DNA of 64,000 nt, from positions 22,366 through 86,365 of the forward strand of contig CAKVLI010000005.1 in the NCBI GenBank assembly GCA_934757155.1. The letters are read 5' to 3'. The position numbers and the translations under genes are program-made. Below are positions 36,424 through 43,613 of this stretch, piece by piece. How positions within the stretch are numbered: the stretch's first letter is position 1; each line of letters opens with the position of its first letter. The stretch comes from an uncultured Candidatus Melainabacteria bacterium. Its GTDB lineage: Bacteria > Cyanobacteriota > Vampirovibrionia > Gastranaerophilales > Gastranaerophilaceae. The notes under the pieces were generated by a model. It was not told the origin of the DNA, searched no databases, and saw only the letters and a list, made by a program, of their open reading frames with translations.

Positions 36424-36447
36424 GTAGGTCGGCATTACTATGCCGAC
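36424..36447. repeat. GTAG + 8-bp stem + TACT-loop hairpin, copy 1
   Basis: GTAG GTCGGCAT TACT ATGCCGAC. The same architecture with a different stem occurs at 47057-47080. Confidence 0.75.
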
Positions 36448-36468
36448 AAAATTTTTTTTTTCTTGTTT

Positions 36469-36531
36469 GTCATTTTCTTTCTTCTTAGTTGCGGGGCAAG
36501 AAGAAAGAAAATGACGAAAAGAAAGAAGAAG
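36469..36531. repeat. Three-tract Y/R element (triplex/H-DNA geometry), copy 2
   Basis: GTCATTTTCTTTCTTCTT (36469-36486), 11-nt loop, AAGAAGAAAGAAAATGAC (36498-36515). 36517-36530 AAAAGAAAGAAGAA is the mirror of 36498-36511. Confidence 0.85.
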
Positions 36532-36608
36532 CACGCAATTGTTCACAACGTCTTCGCTTCGCTCAGCCGAAAATAGGGTTGTGCTACGCACAATCTATTA
36601 GCTCGTTA
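36532..36608. repeat. Conserved module following the Y/R element, copy 2
   Basis: GCAATTGTTCACAAC, CTTCGCT and GTTGTGCTACGCACAATCT blocks, collinear with 9441-9509. Confidence 0.8.
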
Positions 36609-36674
36609 GGGTAAATATATTTGATTAACCACCCCCTTAATCCCCCTCCCCAAGGGGGCATTGAATGCTTGAAT

Positions 36675-36800
36675 CCGTCCATAACGGAGTGAGTAATCAA
36701 TGTTAATGAGCCAATAACAAAGCAGGTGTTGTTTGAACGTAGTGAGTTCACCTGCTTAGGGCGAATTTTACAATTGATTAACGAACGCAGTTCCGGACGG
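36675..36800. repeat. Long imperfect inverted repeat enclosing a 9-bp hairpin
   Basis: CCGTCC...TAATCAAT (36675-36701) against ATTGATTA...GGACGG (36773-36800). Inner stem AAGCAGGTG (36720-36728) / CACCTGCTT (36749-36757). Confidence 0.6.
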
Positions 36801-36813
36801 AGAGTTTCTTTGC

Positions 36814-36845
36814 GCCGCGTTTCTTTGCGGTCAAAGAAATGCGGC
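36814..36845. repeat. 13-bp hairpin with adjacent direct repeat GTTTCTTTGCG
   Basis: GCCGCGTTTCTTT / AAAGAAATGCGGC with one G-T pair. GTTTCTTTGCG occurs at 36803-36813 and 36819-36829. Confidence 0.6.
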
Positions 36846-36878
36846 TAAAAATATGAAACTAAAATGTCAATATTTATG

Positions 36879-36906
36879 ATGACAATTCTTTCAAAAACGT
36901 TATAAT
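36879..36906 (+). promoter_or_regulatory. Sigma-70-type promoter placed for a leaderless mRNA
   Basis: ATGACA, 16 nt, TATAAT (36901-36906). The ATG at 36913 lies 6 nt after the -10 and has no SD. Confidence 0.5.
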
Positions 36907-36912
36907 AAGATT

Positions 36913-37398
36913 ATGAAAAAATTCCTGACCTTATTTTTAGCAATTTTGTTTCCCCTTTTTGTAAACGCTGCTGTCTTGGAAGCAGGTGTTTCGATTGAGG
37001 ATGTTCCGGATGCTATGTTCGGGAGCTGGCGGGTCAAGGCGGTTTTGGATACATCAAACAGTTATGGCACATTTAAACCTCAGAGCCTTGATTTTTGGAA
37101 TATGTCCCGAGTAGGGAATGAAATCACTTTAGACAACCCTTTTACAGGCGCAAAATCGACAATCTCTCTTAAGAATGTCGAAGGAAATGTTGTTGTTTTT
37201 TCAAAAAAGGCAAAATATGATGACAATAAAGTCTTAACCGACACTGTAACAATAAGGCTGAGTGATACGGAATTCAGCGGAATAAACAGCCTGACGCTGG
37301 AATCGTTTTCACTTGTGGATAACCATTTGATTAAGACAGAAACCGCAACCTATAAAATTACCGGAGAAAAAATTGCGGGAGAAAGTGTTATTAAATAA
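36913..37398 (+). CDS. Secreted hypothetical protein (161 aa)
   Basis: Signal peptide MKKFLTLFLAILFPLFVNAAV. No recognised domain. Confidence 0.6.
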   Translation: MKKFLTLFLAILFPLFVNAAVLEAGVSIEDVPDAMFGSWRVKAVLDTSNSYGTFKPQSLDFWNMSRVGNEITLDNPFTGAKSTISLKNVEGNVVVFSKKAKYDDNKVLTDTVTIRLSDTEFSGINSLTLESFSLVDNHLIKTETATYKITGEKIAGESVIK

Positions 37399-38239
37399 TA
37401 CTTTTCTTAAGTCTTTCGCTTCTGTTTTCGCTCAACAAGTTTTTGAGCTTCATAATAGCTTGTGCGTGAAGTTGTGATACACGGGATTCTGAAACGTTAA
37501 TCGCGTCGCCGATTTCTTTAAGGGTCATATTTTCGTGGTAATAAAGAACCATTATGGTTCTTTCTCTCTCAGGTAAACGTTTCAAAGCATCCTCCAATTC
37601 CTTTTTGACATCTTTTTCTTCAAGTTGTTCGTGTGGTGCGAGATTGTGAGAATCTTCGATTGTATCAATTATTTCAATGTCGCCGTCTGATGCGCCTTTT
37701 TTGTCGTAGAGTGACGTAATTGTTGTGTCGTCAGCCAATAACTGTTCGACTTTTTCCTTCTCAATTCCCAAGTAATTTGCGATTTCGGTGTTTGTGGCAG
37801 CCCTTCCGAATTGTTTTTTTAGCTCATCCTGAGCCTCTTTCACATCCCTGATTTTTCTTCTGACACTTCTCGGCAGAAAATCTTGTGAACGAACTTTGTC
37901 AATGATATTTCCTCGAATACGTACAAGCGCGTAGGTTTCAAACCTTGCGCCCATTTTTGGGGTATATTTTTCTACAGCGTCAATAAGCCCTTCCACGCCG
38001 TAGCTTGAAATATCTTCAAACGAAAAAGTCGGCGGAAGCGCAACTTTCACACGCCCTACAACGTATCTTGTAAGATAGATATATTGTAGGATTAATTTAT
38101 CCCTGAGAGTTTTGTTGTCGTGGTCAGCAAAATATTGAGTCCACAGCTCTGTCAACTCTTCATTAGATGCACGTTTTATTTTGTTGTACGAAGAAAAATC
38201 TAAATCCTGTTCCATCCCGTTCGCCCACAAACATGTCAA
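37391..38239 (-). CDS. fliA: RNA polymerase sigma factor, FliA/WhiG (sigma-28) family
   Basis: GVEGLIDAVEKYTP..GARFETYALVRIRGNIID..DFLPRSVRRK (regions 2-3) and LPERERTIMVLYYHENMTLKEIGDAINVSESRVSQLHAQAIMKL (region 4). An alternative start at 38215 is possible. Confidence 0.8.
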   Translation of the reverse strand: MTCLWANGMEQDLDFSSYNKIKRASNEELTELWTQYFADHDNKTLRDKLILQYIYLTRYVVGRVKVALPPTFSFEDISSYGVEGLIDAVEKYTPKMGARFETYALVRIRGNIIDKVRSQDFLPRSVRRKIRDVKEAQDELKKQFGRAATNTEIANYLGIEKEKVEQLLADDTTITSLYDKKGASDGDIEIIDTIEDSHNLAPHEQLEEKDVKKELEDALKRLPERERTIMVLYYHENMTLKEIGDAINVSESRVSQLHAQAIMKLKNLLSENRSERLKKSII

Positions 38240-38313
38240 CTATTATTTTATCCTTTTTGAAAAAAATCTCTATCGTTTATATGTATGAAATGTAAATTTT
38301 TGTAACGATATCC

Positions 38314-38340
38314 TAAAGTTTTTCAAAAAATAGCCGTTAT
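38314..38340 (+). promoter_or_regulatory. Sigma-28-type promoter
   Basis: TAAAGTTT (38314-38321), N11, GCCGTTAT (38333-38340). This is TAAA-N15-GCCGTTAT. Confidence 0.7.
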
Positions 38341-38380
38341 ACAAACATGTATTACAAAATTTAATTATAGGAGTGTTGGT

Positions 38381-40936
38381 ATGTCAGGTGAAAGTATCAG
38401 ATTTAACGGTAATGGAAAGAAAATTGATTTTAATGAAGGTACAAGTTACCGTAAAGCTAAGAAACAATTTAAAGAACTAAAATCTATTTTTGACAAAATA
38501 GATGATGTTGGTGAGAAAAAGGGAAAAGTAGACGGAAGAGAATTAGAACTCTTGAAAATGCTAAGAGGTTTATTACCAACGAAGGCTTTTGGCGAAGAAG
38601 CCATGTTAGAATTGGTAGACAAATTTGAAAACTCTGGATGTTCCTCTATTGAAGAATTTTTGGAACAGGCGACTGCGGAAAAATCTAAGCAAGAGACAAA
38701 AGAGACTGTACCGGAATCTGAATTAACGCCAGTTTCAGAAGAATCACAAGAAACAAAAGAACCTCCAAAAGCTGAGACTCCGGAATCTCCGGCAGCACCG
38801 GTTGAACCTGAAAAACCTGCTGAGCCGGAAAAGCCAACCGAGCCGGAAAAGCCAACCGAGCCGGAAAAACCTGCTGAACCTGCGAAGGCTGAAGAGACTA
38901 AAACTTCTAATTCCAAACTTTCACCTGAAAGACAAGCAAGAAGAAAAGCATTTAATGATGCTATCCAGAACTTGAAAAAGAAAATGGAAAAAGATAAAGA
39001 CAAATTAGTTTCTGAATTTGATAAAGAGTACACTGTCAAAGCGGGAGATTCTTTCTACAGAATTGCAGAACGTTCGTTAATGGAAGAAAACGGCGGCAAA
39101 AAGCCTACTCCGGCAGAAGTTAACAAACGTATTGCCGAGATTGCACTTGTCAACGGCATTGATGATATTTGGATGACAATTCGTCCCGGAGATAAGCTCA
39201 AACTCAAAGGTATTGGTGAAAAAACAGAAAACAACACGACTGTAGAAGGTGATAAGCCTCCGGTTGATGGCGGAGAAACAAAACCAGGTGATAAACCTCC
39301 GGTAGAAGAAGGTGATAAACCACCGGTTGATGAAAAGCCACCGGTAGACGGTAAACCTCCTGTAGAGGGCAAACCTCCGGTTGATGAAAAACCACCTGTT
39401 GATGGTAAACCGCCTGTCGATAAAAAACCTCCGGTGAAAGGTGAAGACAAGAACTTTGAAGAAGGTTTTGCTCACGGTAAAGAGATCGCAGTGATGTTGC
39501 GATTAGGCTTTGGTGATATAGCTGCAATGTTAAGGTCTACGGAAGGCAAATATAAAGGCTATATTACAAAAGACAACATTGTTGGTGTAATAGCCGGTTA
39601 TAAGGAAGTTCTTCCTAACGGTGGTATTTTAGAAAACATCGCGATGTTATCACGTATTGAATATGGCAAACGCCCGGGGCAAGCTCTATGTAACCGAATT
39701 CCAAAAGCATTGATGAGAAAAGCTGCTGAAATGAATTTGCAAGATACTGATGCATACAAGGCTCTGAAAGACTACTTTGGTGCAGATGACAAATTTAATT
39801 TCACGAAGAACGATGATGCAAAAGCTGTATACACTCAAACTGAAGCAAAACTGGTTGATAAGATGATACAAGATTTGTACGAAGTCATTTTAAAGAGCGG
39901 TGAATCCAAATCTCCGGTAGAAACAAAACCACCTGTTGATGAAAAACCGCCTGTTGACGGCAAGCCACCGGTAGAGGCTAAACCTCCGGTTGAGGACAAA
40001 CCTCCGGTTGAACAAGGTGGTGAAGTCGAGACACCGACTCCGCCGGAATCTTCTGCCCAAGAAAAAATTAATGCAATAGGTAAAGAAAACATTGACGCTC
40101 TGAAAGAGTTTGTAAAAACTGAGCCTGAAATGGTTAAGGCAAGATTAGCAACTCTTGTGGGTGAAAACAAGGCTGACGGTGAGTTTATCTCAAAAGTTTT
40201 GGGTATGCCAAAAGAAGTGTTGCCATATGATACTTTGACATCACTTAATGCAAGCGAAAACAAGTATAATACCAAGCTTAAACAACAGCTGTTTGAAAAG
40301 TGCTTGAATGACAGAATTGAACGAAAAGATTGGAAAACTGCCTTGAACAAAGCTGTAGAAATGGGCTGGGCAACTAAATTGTCATCAAGTTACTATCAAG
40401 TTGGTGAAAAAGTCTATGACGTTAACTTGTGGCGACGTGATAATGGTGCGGACGGTAAGCCTAGAACAGATGATGACATAATGCAGCTTCATCAATTTAG
40501 TAGTAAAGGTTTTGAACATGGTCAAAAAATTAAGTACAGTATTGGCAGCGGAGATATCGGCGTGATTGCAAACACGTTGAGATCAGATGCTACTAATAAA
40601 GACAATATAGAAGGATTTATAGCCGGGTTCAATTCAAGCTCTCCTATAGGTATGATGCAAAGCTTTGCATCACTTGCCGGAAGTAAGCCGGGGGCATACA
40701 TGGCGAAATCTCTATGCAACACGGTTCCAAAAGCCTTAATGCAAAAAGCAGCTGCAATGGGGCTAAAAAACACAAAAGCATTTAAAGATCTGCAAGAATT
40801 TTTTGGTGCGGATGACAGTTTGAAATTCACTAAGAACAACGATGCCAAAACCGGATATACTCAAGAAGAAGCGAAACATTTGGATAAATTGATTAATAAT
40901 TTGCATTTCCAAATCTTGCGACATTCGGGTGTATAA
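38381..40936 (+). CDS. 851-aa LysM-domain protein with Pro-rich repeat linkers and a duplicated ~140-aa C-terminal domain; no signal peptide
   Basis: LysM-like YTVKAGDSFYRIAE...IRPGDKLKL. (PEKPxE)n and (KPPVD/E)n repeats. The two domains share CN(R/T)(I/V)PKALM(R/Q)KAA and FFGADD..(F)TKN(D/N)DAK. Confidence 0.75.
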   Translation: MSGESIRFNGNGKKIDFNEGTSYRKAKKQFKELKSIFDKIDDVGEKKGKVDGRELELLKMLRGLLPTKAFGEEAMLELVDKFENSGCSSIEEFLEQATAEKSKQETKETVPESELTPVSEESQETKEPPKAETPESPAAPVEPEKPAEPEKPTEPEKPTEPEKPAEPAKAEETKTSNSKLSPERQARRKAFNDAIQNLKKKMEKDKDKLVSEFDKEYTVKAGDSFYRIAERSLMEENGGKKPTPAEVNKRIAEIALVNGIDDIWMTIRPGDKLKLKGIGEKTENNTTVEGDKPPVDGGETKPGDKPPVEEGDKPPVDEKPPVDGKPPVEGKPPVDEKPPVDGKPPVDKKPPVKGEDKNFEEGFAHGKEIAVMLRLGFGDIAAMLRSTEGKYKGYITKDNIVGVIAGYKEVLPNGGILENIAMLSRIEYGKRPGQALCNRIPKALMRKAAEMNLQDTDAYKALKDYFGADDKFNFTKNDDAKAVYTQTEAKLVDKMIQDLYEVILKSGESKSPVETKPPVDEKPPVDGKPPVEAKPPVEDKPPVEQGGEVETPTPPESSAQEKINAIGKENIDALKEFVKTEPEMVKARLATLVGENKADGEFISKVLGMPKEVLPYDTLTSLNASENKYNTKLKQQLFEKCLNDRIERKDWKTALNKAVEMGWATKLSSSYYQVGEKVYDVNLWRRDNGADGKPRTDDDIMQLHQFSSKGFEHGQKIKYSIGSGDIGVIANTLRSDATNKDNIEGFIAGFNSSSPIGMMQSFASLAGSKPGAYMAKSLCNTVPKALMQKAAAMGLKNTKAFKDLQEFFGADDSLKFTKNNDAKTGYTQEEAKHLDKLINNLHFQILRHSGV
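38804..38880 (+). repeat. In-frame 18-bp tandem repeats (PEKP(A/T)E)
   Basis: GAGCCGGAAAAGCCAACC occurs twice exactly (38822-38857), flanked by diverged units. Confidence 0.85.
39249..39440 (+). repeat. In-frame degenerate 15/30-bp repeats encoding (D/E/G)KPPV(D/E)
   Basis: Reiterated AAACCTCCGGTTGAT-type units. They generate the spurious antisense ORFs in the ORF track. Confidence 0.85.
39909..40015 (+). repeat. Second block of KPPV(D/E) coding repeats
   Basis: Same unit as 39249-39440. It precedes the second copy of the duplicated domain. Confidence 0.85.
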
Positions 40937-40942
40937 AAATCA

Positions 40943-40975
40943 AGAGGCGGTCATTATGACCGCCTCTGTTTTTTA
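40943..40975 (+). terminator. Rho-independent terminator
   Basis: 11-bp stem AGAGGCGGTCA / TGACCGCCTCT, loop TTA, then GTTTTTT. Confidence 0.8.
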
Positions 40976-40991
40976 TAATTTGTCGTACTGA

Positions 40992-41080
40992 ATTTATATT
41001 TACCTCTTTCAGGAGCTTACAGGCTTGGATTTTGCACCAACCAGCCCAATATATTTACCCCCATTTACCCCTTTACCCCC
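40992..41080 (-). repeat. GGGGTAAATRTAT-family repeats overlapping the rluD stop codon
   Basis: The reverse complement reads GGGGGTAAAGGGGTAAATGGGGGTAAATATATTGGGCTGGTTGGTG...GGTAAATATAAAT. Confidence 0.75.
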
Positions 41081-41975
41081 GCAGAGCTTTAATCACCTTT
41101 TGAATCTTCTCATCCGGCGGGATTTCAAGAGAAATCCTTTCGCCGCCAAAAGGTTTGTTGAACTCAAGTTTGTATGATTGAAGCACCTGCTCTTCGGTTT
41201 TTATTTTCATCTTTCCGAAACCATAGAGGGTGTCATTGTAGACAGGATGTCCGATAGACGTCATATGTACTCGGATTTGGTGGGTTCTGCCTGTTATTAG
41301 GGTTAATTCGACCAATGTCGCGCCCTCCAATCGCTCTAAAACTTTTACGAGAGTCAAACTTTCTTTTCCGTCCGGTGCAATGCATTGTTTCTCAGGGTGT
41401 CGAGGGTCTCTTCCGATTGGTTTATTGATTTCAAACTCATCTTCATCAATAATTCCGCGAACAATTGCCAAATATTTTTTAGAAAACCGTTTTTCTTTCA
41501 TCTCGTTCACGAGATATTCGTGAGTCTTATTGTTTTTCGCTATCATAATAAGACCAGAGGTGTTTCTATCGAGCCTGTGAACGATTCCACGTCTGAATTC
41601 GCCATTCAGGTCAGAAAGATTTTCCCCGTATTTGTACAAAAGTGCATTAACAAGAGTGCCTTCTCTTTCAATTGTAGTCGGATGTGTAAGCATACCTGAC
41701 GGTTTATTTATGACCGCCATATTTTCATCTTCCCAGACAACTTCAAGCGGAATATTCTCAGCTTTCAGGGTAGTTTCTTCTTGGGTAAGTGCTTCAAACT
41801 CGATTATATCCCCGACTTTTAGTGAGTAAGAAGGTTTGACTGCAATATTATTAACTAAAACGAGTCCTTGTTTTAACCCTTTTTGAATTTGAGAGCGCGA
41901 CAAATTCGGCATAATTTCAGCCAAATAAGAATCTATTCTGGAGCCTTCTGATATTTCATCAATTATTAGTTTCAT
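41073..41975 (-). CDS. rluD: 23S rRNA pseudouridine synthase, RluA/RluD family
   Basis: N-terminal S4 domain. HRLDRNTSGLIMIAK catalytic motif. Confidence 0.9.
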   Translation of the reverse strand: MKLIIDEISEGSRIDSYLAEIMPNLSRSQIQKGLKQGLVLVNNIAVKPSYSLKVGDIIEFEALTQEETTLKAENIPLEVVWEDENMAVINKPSGMLTHPTTIEREGTLVNALLYKYGENLSDLNGEFRRGIVHRLDRNTSGLIMIAKNNKTHEYLVNEMKEKRFSKKYLAIVRGIIDEDEFEINKPIGRDPRHPEKQCIAPDGKESLTLVKVLERLEGATLVELTLITGRTHQIRVHMTSIGHPVYNDTLYGFGKMKIKTEEQVLQSYKLEFNKPFGGERISLEIPPDEKIQKVIKALRG

Positions 41976-42438
41976 TGTTTCTCAGGTATTTGTTCTTGAT
42001 AATAATAATTATTATAGCAAGAACGCTTATGTTAATGAAGATATCGGAAATATTGAAGACCGGAAACTCAACGAAATTGAGTTTAAAGAAATCTCGCACA
42101 TAGCCGTAAGCTATTCTCTCGTACATATTACAGCTGATTCCCGCAATAAGCATTGCTGCCCAAAATCCTGCCATTGCTGAGAACTTTGATACGTTTTTTA
42201 TCGCATAAAAAAGAATTATAAAAACTGCTGCCGCAGAAAACAGAATTAAGAAAACTTTAGAATTTTCAAGAATACTGAATGCTGCGCCCGTATTTTGTAC
42301 AAAAATCAAATCGAAAACTGGGTTTTCTTCCAGTTTGAATCTCAGTGAATCAAGAATTACGCCTGAAAAATACAAATCAAAAATTATCAAAAAAATTGAT
42401 GTGGTTATAAGGTATGCGATTTTACTTGCTTTCGTCAT
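41959..42438 (-). CDS. lspA: Lipoprotein signal peptidase II
   Basis: 4-TM profile, and FNISD is the conserved Asn/Asp-containing motif. Overlaps rluD, as in the common lspA-rluD arrangement. Confidence 0.85.
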   Translation of the reverse strand: MTKASKIAYLITTSIFLIIFDLYFSGVILDSLRFKLEENPVFDLIFVQNTGAAFSILENSKVFLILFSAAAVFIILFYAIKNVSKFSAMAGFWAAMLIAGISCNMYERIAYGYVRDFFKLNFVEFPVFNISDIFINISVLAIIIIIIKNKYLRNNETNN

Positions 42439-43303
42439 TATTTTTGTTCTCTTCAGGTGTAATTAATTTGTTTTGCGGAATTACGTTAACTCTCTTTATT
42501 GCGTAACCAAATCCGGTTAAGCTCAATTTTAGGTTCAAATCCTCTACAGCTGCCTTTGTTAGTCCAATCGTTGCTATCACGTATTCGTTAACATTATCGT
42601 TATTAGAGGTAAACAATCTTTCAAGAATATTGTCTTCCGGAAGCACTCTGTAAACCTCTTTTGCAGGCTTTTGAGGATACTCAACCTTGTCTGATGCCAA
42701 GGATGCTATTGCGTATGTCTCTTTAGGCGGTGTGAATTCAAGCATTGCAGAGTATTCCGTGTCAGCAGAAATTTGGGTAGGTACTGTTAGTTTTATGTCA
42801 AGGTCACGAGCCTCTCCATAGAGCATTGTAGTTGTTTCGTCTATTACGGAATCGGAAATAACTTTCCATTCGCCGTCTGTTTTCTTTAAATAATATACGC
42901 TATTAGATTCGCTCTTTAGTTCGCCTGTATATTTTTCGGAAACAGGGATTTCCGCGTAAGAAGTTTCTGTGAGTTCCGCAACGGCCTTATCGTTATCTAT
43001 AGAAATATTCTTAATCTTTATCCCGTATTTTATGCTGTCATAGGTTTTCCAGATATCTTTGACGAGATTTGAATAAATTTCAAGGTTAAAACCATCAGAG
43101 TTTACGTATTGCTTGTCATAAGTTGAGATAAATTTGTCAAAATCCGTTTTGTTTGCAAATTTAACTTGAGAATTTAAAACTTTTTTGACAGCTCTTTCAT
43201 CGCTGTCAACGGCATTTATATGAAAAAGATTGCTGAAATCCCACGCGTGAGCGGGTTGGATTATGAGTAATGCCATTGATATTGTGAGTAATAATTTTTT
43301 CAT
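42422..43303 (-). CDS. Secreted hypothetical protein (293 aa)
   Basis: Signal peptide MKKLLLTISMALLIIQPAHA. In an operon with lspA and rluD. Confidence 0.6.
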   Translation of the reverse strand: MKKLLLTISMALLIIQPAHAWDFSNLFHINAVDSDERAVKKVLNSQVKFANKTDFDKFISTYDKQYVNSDGFNLEIYSNLVKDIWKTYDSIKYGIKIKNISIDNDKAVAELTETSYAEIPVSEKYTGELKSESNSVYYLKKTDGEWKVISDSVIDETTTMLYGEARDLDIKLTVPTQISADTEYSAMLEFTPPKETYAIASLASDKVEYPQKPAKEVYRVLPEDNILERLFTSNNDNVNEYVIATIGLTKAAVEDLNLKLSLTGFGYAIKRVNVIPQNKLITPEENKNNDESK

Positions 43304-43613
43304 ACAGAAATTATACTCTAAAACTACTTAAACTTAAATATATCAAACGCAGGATTATCATGCCCTTTTAGCAGGAGTGTTGTATTTGAGAATAAGATAC
43401 AAAATCGGTTTTGTGGCAGGTGTAGTTGAAGTTGTCTTTTTCTCAGTGTTTGTACTCTTTTCAATGTCATTGATACAGCGTAAAAGTTCTTTTCCGAACA
43501 TAATTGTTCCTTTCATAATCAAATACCTTACGTATTTATAAAGTTTTTCTCTTACTTTTTTTTGCGTAATATGTTATAATTTTTTTACAATTGTTAACGA
43601 TTCAGGAGAGATT

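Noticed and set aside
36335-36470. T-box leaders upstream of valS, and similarly upstream of pheS at 46786-47139.
   Set aside because: No AGGGTGGTACCGCG-like T-box sequence or specifier-loop layout is seen on the sense (minus) strand. The ACCGCG at about 46811 is on the wrong strand and lacks the GGGTGG context.
38446-40350. Several 100-200-aa minus-strand ORFs (38446..39039, 39055..39450, 39077..39475, 39204..39527, 39835..40350).
   Set aside because: They are artefacts of the stop-free antisense frames of the Pro/Lys/Glu coding repeats in the 851-aa gene.
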